From: an uncultured delta proteobacterium
Lineage (GTDB): Bacteria > Desulfobacterota > BSN033 > UBA1163
Direction of reading: 5' to 3'
Length of the DNA: 64,000 nucleotides
Assembly (NCBI GenBank): GCA_963731045.1
Contig: CAVSVC010000010.1
Coordinates: forward strand, 74,630 to 138,629
Shown here: piece by piece, positions 57,850 through 64,000 of the stretch
How positions within the stretch are numbered: position 1 is the stretch's first letter
Layout: every line of letters begins with the position of its first letter
The notes under the pieces: model-generated
Told to the model about the DNA's origin: nothing
The model's input: the letters and a program-made list of their open reading frames with translations, nothing else
The model's database searches: none
Position numbers and translations under genes: made by a program

Positions 57850-57920
57850 GGAAACGTGCCCGTGATTCGTCTTCGTGTCAGGAAGAACGGACACTGAAAC
57901 AGGACTCTTCAATTCTTCTT

Positions 57921-59177
57921 ATGGCAGACTACGGAAAGTATCTCTTAAGGTCAAAACAATCCCTCTGGAAGACTGTGGGGCTCTTCTTCATCCTCATGGG
58001 ACCGGGGATCATTACGTCCAATGTGGACAATGATGCGGGCGGGATTACGACTTACTCGCTGGCAGGCGCGCAATACGGGCTGAAGCTGATCTGGTCCATG
58101 ATTCCCATCATGATCGCCCTGATTGTGATCCAGGAGATGTGCGCCAGAATGGGCGTTGTGACTGGAAAGGGATTGTCCGACCTCATTCGTGAGAAATTCG
58201 GGGCCAAGATCACCATGTATCTGATGCTCGGCATGTTCCTCACAAATATGGGCAACGTCGTCTCCGAGTTTGCGGGGATCGCCGCCGGGATGGAGATCTT
58301 CGGGGTCAGTAAGTTTATTTCCGTTCCCATAAGCGCTTTTCTGGTCTGGTGGATGGTTGTGAAGGGAACGTATCGCTTCGTTGAGAAGGTCTTCCTCGGG
58401 GCGTGTGTCTTCTATCTCTCCTACATTATCACAGGAATCATCGTGAGACCGGACTGGAACCATGTGCTCGATCAATTCCTTCATCCCCAGCTGAGCCTGA
58501 CCCCCCCTGAGATGACCATGGTCATCGGCCTTGTGGGAACGACCATCGCTCCCTGGATGCAGTTCTATCTTCAGGCCTCCATCGTAGAGAAGGGGATCAA
58601 AATCGAGGAGTATAAATTCGCACGATTCGATGTGGTCATGGGATCGGTCTTCGTCCATATCGTGGCGTTCTTCATCATCCTGGTCTGCGCAGAAACTCTC
58701 TTCAAAAGCGGGGTCCGAATTGAAACAGCCAAGGACGCCGCCCTTTCTCTCGAGCCCCTGGCCGGGAGGTACTGCACCTACCTCTTCGCCTTCGGACTGG
58801 TGAACGCCTCCCTTTTCGCGGCCTCGATCCTCCCCCTGTCGACGACTTACCTGATCTGCGAAGGATTGGGATGGGAAGCCGGGATTGACAAAAAATTTGC
58901 CGAGGCGCCTCAGTTCTATGGATTCTATTCCCTGATGATCTTTTTGGGGGCGGGGATCATTCTCTATCCGGACGTTCCGCTCATTCCGATTATGTATCTC
59001 TCCCAGGTCATCAACGGAATGGTCCTCCCGTGTATCCTCGTCTTCATGCTCCTGCTCATCAATGACAAGAAACTGATGATGGACCACACCAACGGCCCCG
59101 TCTTCAATACCGTCGCCTGGGTCACCGCGTTAATCTTGATCGGCTTCACCCTTCTCTTGCTGATCCAGTCTCTGTGA
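57921..59177 (+). CDS. Nramp-family transporter with NRMT-type (Mg2+-type) binding-site substitutions
   Basis: ORF 57921..59177. A gap-free alignment to MntH puts DAGG where DPGN sits in TM1 (NVDNDAGGITTY). It puts TTIAPW where ATIMPH sits in TM6. Confidence 0.8.
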   Translation: MADYGKYLLRSKQSLWKTVGLFFILMGPGIITSNVDNDAGGITTYSLAGAQYGLKLIWSMIPIMIALIVIQEMCARMGVVTGKGLSDLIREKFGAKITMYLMLGMFLTNMGNVVSEFAGIAAGMEIFGVSKFISVPISAFLVWWMVVKGTYRFVEKVFLGACVFYLSYIITGIIVRPDWNHVLDQFLHPQLSLTPPEMTMVIGLVGTTIAPWMQFYLQASIVEKGIKIEEYKFARFDVVMGSVFVHIVAFFIILVCAETLFKSGVRIETAKDAALSLEPLAGRYCTYLFAFGLVNASLFAASILPLSTTYLICEGLGWEAGIDKKFAEAPQFYGFYSLMIFLGAGIILYPDVPLIPIMYLSQVINGMVLPCILVFMLLLINDKKLMMDHTNGPVFNTVAWVTALILIGFTLLLLIQSL

Positions 59178-59219
59178 GACATCCTTCATCTTCAGGGATT
59201 TGAAAATAGTCTTCGGCCC

Positions 59220-59323
59220 ACGGTTAGGGTAACGATGCCCGTATCGTCATTCGGTAAGGTCGTCGGTCTTAACGTAACCCTTTTACCCTGAACGAAACGG
59301 GCTTCGTCACCGTGACCTTTAAC
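59220..59323. repeat. Approximately 105-bp long-palindrome element, copy B
   Basis: ACGGTTAGGGTAACGATGCCCGTATCGTCATTCGGTAAGGTC....GAACGAAACGGGCTTCGTCACCGTGACCTTTAAC. Same orientation and architecture as 52753-52863. Confidence 0.6.
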
Positions 59324-59451
59324 AATAAGCCCGAATATTTTCGCGGTTCCCGGACGCTCCGCGGTTATCGCGCATCGAAGACTCCTCTTTCGGCTTGATT
59401 TTTCCGGGGACCTCTGTTAGTTTTCAGCTACTGCAGATGGAAGGAGAGGGG

Positions 59452-60363
59452 ATGAAGATCGCGATCATCGGTGGTGGTGCGATGGGAAGCCTTTTCGGGG
59501 CCCTCCTGACCTATTCCGGGGAAGAGGTCTGGGTGGTGGAGATCAGCAAGGAGCATATCCATACGATCCGTTCCGTCGGCCTTACCTTCGAGGAAGAAGG
59601 AAAGATTGAAATGCTGAGTATGAACGTCACGAACGATATCGCTTCCTTTGGAAAGGCGGATCTGGTCCTTTTCTTCGTGAAGACCTACCATACGGAGAAG
59701 GCCGTCTCGGACGCCTTGGTTCTCGAAAAGGAAGATACGGTCTTTCTAACCCTGCAGAACGGCCTTGGCAACGAAGAGGCGATCTGCAAAAAGGTGGACC
59801 CCGGGAAGGTGATGCTCGGCGTAACAGGACACGGGGCGACGCTCCTGGGTCCGGGTCACATTCGCCATGCGGGAAAGGGGAAGTCCTTTATCGGCGAGTT
59901 GGACCACCGGGTGACCGATCGTGCCAAGCGAATCGCCGAGGTCTTTTCCGAGGCCGATATCGAGACGGAAGTCTCCGCAAATATCCATGATCTTCTCTGG
60001 GATAAATTGCTGACCAATGCGGGAATCAATGCCTTAACCGCTCTAACCGGGCTGAGAAATGGTCAACTCCTCGACCATCCGGAAACGCTGAGGCTTCTCG
60101 AAGCCCTGGTCACCGAGGCTGCGGAGGTAGCAGCCGCAAAAGGCATCCGTATCGAAGGGAATCCGGTCGAGAAGGCCAAGGCTGTCGCGCTGGCCACAGG
60201 GGGAAACCGGTCTTCCATGGGGCAGGACTTTGACTACCGGCGGCGGACCGAGATTGACGTGATCAACGGGGCCATTGTGAGGGAAGCCGAGCGCCTCGGA
60301 ATCCCTGTCCCGTGCAATCGCATGATCACGGATCTCGTTAGAGTCATCGAAAGGAGATTTTAA
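59452..60363 (+). CDS. panE: 2-dehydropantoate 2-reductase
   Basis: ORF 59395..60363, start ATG 59452 (SD GGAAGGAGAGGGG). MKIAIIGGGAMGS Rossmann motif and SSMGQD. Confidence 0.85.
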   Translation: MKIAIIGGGAMGSLFGALLTYSGEEVWVVEISKEHIHTIRSVGLTFEEEGKIEMLSMNVTNDIASFGKADLVLFFVKTYHTEKAVSDALVLEKEDTVFLTLQNGLGNEEAICKKVDPGKVMLGVTGHGATLLGPGHIRHAGKGKSFIGELDHRVTDRAKRIAEVFSEADIETEVSANIHDLLWDKLLTNAGINALTALTGLRNGQLLDHPETLRLLEALVTEAAEVAAAKGIRIEGNPVEKAKAVALATGGNRSSMGQDFDYRRRTEIDVINGAIVREAERLGIPVPCNRMITDLVRVIERRF

Positions 60364-60441
60364 ACTCGACAACCCTAAGACGCGAGAGCGCAAGTCGCAA
60401 GGGGCTTCAAACCTTGCCCCCTGCAAACGAGGAGGAGAGAG

Positions 60442-61278
60442 ATGGAACGTAAGAAGATCACCCCCGTGGATCTTCAGGCCATGAAGAATGAGGGAAAGCG
60501 GTTCAGCATGCTCACGGCGTATGACTACCCACTGGCCCTGCTTGAAGACCGGGCGGGGATTGAGGTCATCCTGGTGGGCGACTCCCTGGCCATGACCGTA
60601 CTGGGCTATCCGAACACCGTTCCGGTAACCATGGACGAGATGATCCATCATACCAAGGCGGTAACCCGGGGAGCAACCTATGCGCTCATCCTCGGGGATA
60701 TGCCCTTCATGTCCTACAACACCTCGGAGCGGGAGGCGATCCTCAATGCCGGCCGTTTCATGAAAGAGGCAGGCGCCGACGCGGTCAAGCTGGAGGGCGG
60801 CGCTTCCATGAAGGATGTTGTGAGGTCTCTTGTCAAAGCAGGGATTCCGGTCATGGGCCATATCGGGCTCACTCCTCAGACAGTTTCAATGCTGGGGGGG
60901 TTCAAGGTTCAGGGAAAGGACGCCCAGGCGGCCCAGAGAATCATTGATGACGCATTGCTCCTTGAAGACGCCGGTGCCTTCTCGGTTCTCCTGGAGGCCG
61001 TTCCGGCCCCCATTGCGGAGAAGATCACGGCCCGGCTGAAAGTCCCTACCGTCGGAATCGGTGCAGGTCCCCACTGTGACGGCCAGGTACTGGTGGTCCA
61101 TGATATGCTTGGCCTCTTTGATCGGTTTACACCCAAATTCGCAAAGGGGTACATCAATCTCAGCGAACTGATCCTGAAGGCCTTTCGGGATTACCGGGAA
61201 GAGGTTTTGACAGGGGTCTTTCCCACGGACCAGCACAGTTTTCATATTGAAGAGAAGGAATTGAGCAAAGTGAAATAG
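60442..61278 (+). CDS. panB: 3-methyl-2-oxobutanoate hydroxymethyltransferase
   Basis: ORF 60442..61278. LTAYDYP...VGDSLAMTVLG...KLEGG...GHIGLTPQ. Confidence 0.9.
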   Translation: MERKKITPVDLQAMKNEGKRFSMLTAYDYPLALLEDRAGIEVILVGDSLAMTVLGYPNTVPVTMDEMIHHTKAVTRGATYALILGDMPFMSYNTSEREAILNAGRFMKEAGADAVKLEGGASMKDVVRSLVKAGIPVMGHIGLTPQTVSMLGGFKVQGKDAQAAQRIIDDALLLEDAGAFSVLLEAVPAPIAEKITARLKVPTVGIGAGPHCDGQVLVVHDMLGLFDRFTPKFAKGYINLSELILKAFRDYREEVLTGVFPTDQHSFHIEEKELSKVK

Positions 61279-61501
61279 GGAAGCCCTCCGCCCTGAAGGA
61301 CAGGGTGTTCGGGGCACATGCCGATCGAGCTCTCGATCAAAACCTTTTGAAATAAAAGAATTTTGGGCTTGAAAATGGAGTCAAATTGAGATAATCTAAA
61401 TCTTTACGGAGAATGAGGAGAGTCCAAGTCCCTCAGGATGGCAAGGGACTCTCCTTTCTTGGACAGGGGAACGTAGTACTTTTTCCATCGGAGGTGATTC
61501 C

Positions 61502-61735
61502 ATGACGATTTCTGCTTATGTGTTTATCGAATGCACTGCAGGGGCTTCGACGAAGGTCGTAAAGGATGTCGTCAGAATCCCCGGGGTAAAGCGGGCAAAC
61601 GCCACAACCGGGCCTTATGATGTGATCGCTCTGGTGGAGGCGCCGGATATCACCATCCTGGGGGAATTTATCGTGAACAAGATCCAGAGTCTCCCGGGTG
61701 TCCTGCGGACTCAAACGAACGTGATTGTAGATTAG
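61502..61735 (+). CDS. Stand-alone Lrp/AsnC ligand-binding (RAM) domain protein, 77 aa
   Basis: ORF 61502..61735. AYVFIECTAG...GPYDVIALVEAPD...LPGVLRTQTNVI. Confidence 0.8.
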   Translation: MTISAYVFIECTAGASTKVVKDVVRIPGVKRANATTGPYDVIALVEAPDITILGEFIVNKIQSLPGVLRTQTNVIVD

Positions 61736-61879
61736 GGAAGGTGTCCGGAGTCGCCTTCCGGCCGGAAAGAGATTGATTGCCCTGAGGTTAACGCCATGCG
61801 CGACCTGCCCTTCGCAGGCTCTGCTGTGAAGGACAGGATCTGCGCCTTGCGATTTTTTGCTTAATCGGGAGGAGAGTGT

Positions 61880-61969
61880 ATGGGGAGTGTTGTCAAGAAG
61901 AGGCGGAAGAAGATGAGGAAGCACAAACACAAGAAACAGCTGGACCGGGATCGTCATAAGAAGAAGTAA
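61880..61969 (+). CDS. 29-aa highly basic micro-protein, bS22 / AURKAIP1-COX24-like
   Basis: Not in the ORF track. SD GGGAGGAG, product MGSVVKKRRKKMRKHKHKKQLDRDRHKKK. The stop TAA 61967-61969 overlaps the ATG of the next gene (TAATG). Confidence 0.55.
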   Translation: MGSVVKKRRKKMRKHKHKKQLDRDRHKKK

Positions 61970-62790
61970 TGGCCGCCATGCGCCGGCTCTGGATTCATGT
62001 CCTTCTCTTTGTTCTGACGGTGGCCTCCACGTTGCTCGTCGGAGGCCCTGCTTATTCCATGACGATCATGCTGATCCTTCTGGGACATGAAATGGGTCAC
62101 TATTTCATGTCCCGGAAGTATGGAATGGCGGCAACCCTTCCTTTTTTCCTGCCCTTCCCTCTGTCTCCCTTCGGAACGCTGGGTGCCGTGATCCGGATGC
62201 ATGGGACCCTGTCCTCACGAAAGGCCCTCTTCGATACCGGTGCGGCGGGACCATTGACCGGTCTCTGCCTGAGTATTCCTGCGATTGTGATCGGCCTGGG
62301 TCTTTCTCGCCTTGTTCCCATCTCCCAAGTGGATGAAGGAATGCTGCGATTGGGGGATCCCCTTCTTTTCTCCGTGATCCAGCGGCTCGTCTTCGGGGAA
62401 GTTCCGGGAGGTCATGACATCCTTCTTCACCCCATTGGGTATGCAGGATGGGTTGGCCTTTTCGTCACCGCATTGAATCTTCTACCTATCGGGCAACTGG
62501 ACGGAGGCCATGTCGCCTATGCCCTTTTCGGAGGAAGAAGCCGCCTCGTCTTCCTCGTTGCCGTTATCGTCATGGCCTTCATCACTGTTTTCATCAATCC
62601 CGGATGGTTCCTCCTCCTGATCCTCATCATTCTCTTCGGCTTCCGCCACCCGGCCCCGCTGGATGATCAAACCCCTCTGGACACCACCAGAAAAGTGATC
62701 GGTGGATTGACCTTCCTGATTTTCATCCTCTCCTTCACCCCTGCCCCCTTCCCCCAGTTCGTGAATGATCTGGAGCAGTTCTTTCGCTGA
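61969..62790 (+). CDS. Site-2 protease family (peptidase M50) membrane metalloprotease
   Basis: ORF 61969..62790. HEMGH zinc motif, polytopic, and the second motif NLLPIGQLDGGH. Confidence 0.85.
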   Translation: MAAMRRLWIHVLLFVLTVASTLLVGGPAYSMTIMLILLGHEMGHYFMSRKYGMAATLPFFLPFPLSPFGTLGAVIRMHGTLSSRKALFDTGAAGPLTGLCLSIPAIVIGLGLSRLVPISQVDEGMLRLGDPLLFSVIQRLVFGEVPGGHDILLHPIGYAGWVGLFVTALNLLPIGQLDGGHVAYALFGGRSRLVFLVAVIVMAFITVFINPGWFLLLILIILFGFRHPAPLDDQTPLDTTRKVIGGLTFLIFILSFTPAPFPQFVNDLEQFFR

Positions 62791-62846
62791 TGCCCATGGC
62801 ACGCACAAGCAGAGATTTCGTTTTTACTCGGTTCTTGCGCGTTACA

Positions 62847-62896
62847 CCCTATGCCCTATGCCCTATGCTCTATGCCCTATGCGCTATGCGCTTATG
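62847..62896. repeat. Heptanucleotide tandem repeat, 7 copies of C(C/T/G)CTATG
   Basis: The copies read CCCTATG CCCTATG CCCTATG CTCTATG CCCTATG CGCTATG CGCTTATG. The array lies between two convergent genes and covers the last 9 codons and the stop of the minus-strand gene. Confidence 0.8.
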
Positions 62897-63784
62897 CGGG
62901 TTGTTGTCCCCGTGCCTGAGATAATGGTTGAGGCAGATGCGAAAATTCTCCGCCGCATCCTTCTTGCTGTTGACGATAAAGATACGGTTCCGAACGTGAA
63001 AGAGCTCGTCCACCAACCTCTCCACGGGATAGCGGGTCCCGGCTTCCGCTCCATATCGCCGGTTCAGTTCCCCTTCAAACATCACAACCAGCTTGTCCTT
63101 CATCCTGAGCTGGGTGTCATTAAAGAGCAGAGCCACCTCCGGCAGGACGTCGTCAATGCGGGAGAAGAAGGCGGAGATCTCACCCTGTTCGATTCCTCTG
63201 GGAGGGGAAGACTTCACCTCGACATAGACGAGCCTTCTGTTCCAGGAGGCAAAGACATCGTAATCCCCCCCGGCAGGGGTCTTCTTAAGGCTGACTCCGT
63301 AGATGGAAGGAGAAGCGAACTCCCGCTTGAACATCTCGGAGATAAACCATTCGAGAGTCGGCCCGAAACTGTAACGGGGAGGGTTCCTGATGCCATACTC
63401 CCCTCTTCCTTTCTTTTCGATGGCCCCCAACTCGGTCAGAAATTCACAGTACCCGCGTGCGACGCTGGATGAGCAATACCGGGTGAGGTTCTTAACCCGA
63501 AACGCGGGCTGGTTCTTGATCATATCCCTCACGACGAGCCTGAAGGAATACCTCTTCATCATCTCGTAAAACCGGACTTTGCCGGCGGAGGAAAGATCGG
63601 CAGGGAAGAATAGGCGGTCCGTCGGGTTTTTTCGAAAGACTTTGATCCCCCTTGCCTTGAGCAATCCCTCCACTGGCGAAGGATCATCCAGCGAGAGGGC
63701 CCGGATGACCTCAATCTCCCTGGAAAGCCGCCGGACCTTTCTTCTCAGAGATTGAATTTCTGTAAGAATATCATCATGTTTCAC
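62870..63784 (-). CDS. Hypothetical protein with a possible winged-helix region and a PD-(D/E)xK nuclease-like motif
   Basis: ORF 62870..63784. GGDYDVFASWNRRLVYVEVKSS fits the D-x(n)-E-x-K restriction-endonuclease-fold signature. The ATG directly abuts the stop of the upstream radical SAM gene. Confidence 0.6.
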   Translation of the reverse strand: MKHDDILTEIQSLRRKVRRLSREIEVIRALSLDDPSPVEGLLKARGIKVFRKNPTDRLFFPADLSSAGKVRFYEMMKRYSFRLVVRDMIKNQPAFRVKNLTRYCSSSVARGYCEFLTELGAIEKKGRGEYGIRNPPRYSFGPTLEWFISEMFKREFASPSIYGVSLKKTPAGGDYDVFASWNRRLVYVEVKSSPPRGIEQGEISAFFSRIDDVLPEVALLFNDTQLRMKDKLVVMFEGELNRRYGAEAGTRYPVERLVDELFHVRNRIFIVNSKKDAAENFRICLNHYLRHGDNNPHKRIAHRA

Positions 63785-64000
63785 TCAGAAACCCCGGTAG
63801 AGGCGGTAATGCCTGGCGATCCGGATCGCCGACCCGTATTCTTTCTCTGTGATCCTGCGACTGATTTCAGGATATTCATGAGCCCGGTACTCGGGGCGAT
63901 ACTGATCCATAATGTTGACATAGGAGTGAATAGAGAGATCGTGGGCGATGAATTCGAGGACGGATTCAGAAGCGGCAGTTCCCTCCGGCATCACCAGATG
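63785..64000 (-). CDS. PflX-type (COG1313) radical SAM protein, C-terminal 71 codons; the 5' part lies beyond the window
   Basis: ORF 63785..63994 stays open to the window edge. VNIMDQYRPEYRAHEYPEISRRITEKEY is the conserved PflX C-terminal signature. Confidence 0.7.
   Translation of the reverse strand, partial: HLVMPEGTAASESVLEFIAHDLSIHSYVNIMDQYRPEYRAHEYPEISRRITEKEYGSAIRIARHYRLYRGF

Noticed and set aside
62800-62822. TGGCACGCACAAGCA, a sigma54 -24-like motif after the M50 gene; likewise TGGCACTGTAATTGA at about 7386.
   Set aside because: The -12 element is wrong (AGCA/TTGA instead of TTGC). The location is either inside a gene on the opposite strand or in a convergent 3' region with nothing to drive.

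Overview
This is a 64-kb chromosomal segment of roughly mid-50s % GC by eye. I saw no rRNA, tRNA, CRISPR array, transposase or integrase. It looks like an anaerobic, probably uncultured diderm bacterium from a metagenome-type assembly. Gene content from left to right: (1) class II RNR nrdJ, cut by the window edge, with NrdR boxes. (2) A liv-type branched-chain amino-acid ABC operon and an MFS transporter. (3) A minus-strand signalling island: NtrC-type sigma54 activator, sigma54 promoter, 29-codon micro-gene, orphan OppA-like binding protein, HAMP/PAS kinase, CheY, hybrid kinase, 61-aa HTH. (4) A B3/B4 protein. (5) An 8-gene korABC / gltD-like / korD / pxpABC operon. (6) Beta-propeller and NYN/LOTUS proteins. 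(7) A cobalamin-riboswitch-controlled btuFCD-ilvA operon. (8) The conserved block rSAM(TIGR03960/03936)-rng-rplU-rpmA-obg-proBA-nadD-rsfS. (9) dksA-like, lapB-like, comF and asmA-like genes. (10) Class III RNR nrdD-grx-nrdG with NrdR boxes. (11) GGDEF and MutT proteins, then an MgtE-N/CBS protein next to an NRMT-type Nramp. (12) panE-panB, a small AsnC/RAM protein, a bS22-like micro-gene and an M50 protease. (13) A PD-(D/E)xK-like protein behind a PflX-type radical SAM gene. Non-genic signals include about 20 or more homopolymer-associated frameshifts (very dense at 35-39.5 kb, probably sequencing artefacts), several intergenic repeat families and a heptamer tandem repeat. The best candidate for something new is the sigma54-driven micro-gene. 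Its product looks like a Sec signal peptide plus the pentapeptide DGGGW, and it sits next to an orphan peptide-binding protein and a kinase relay.
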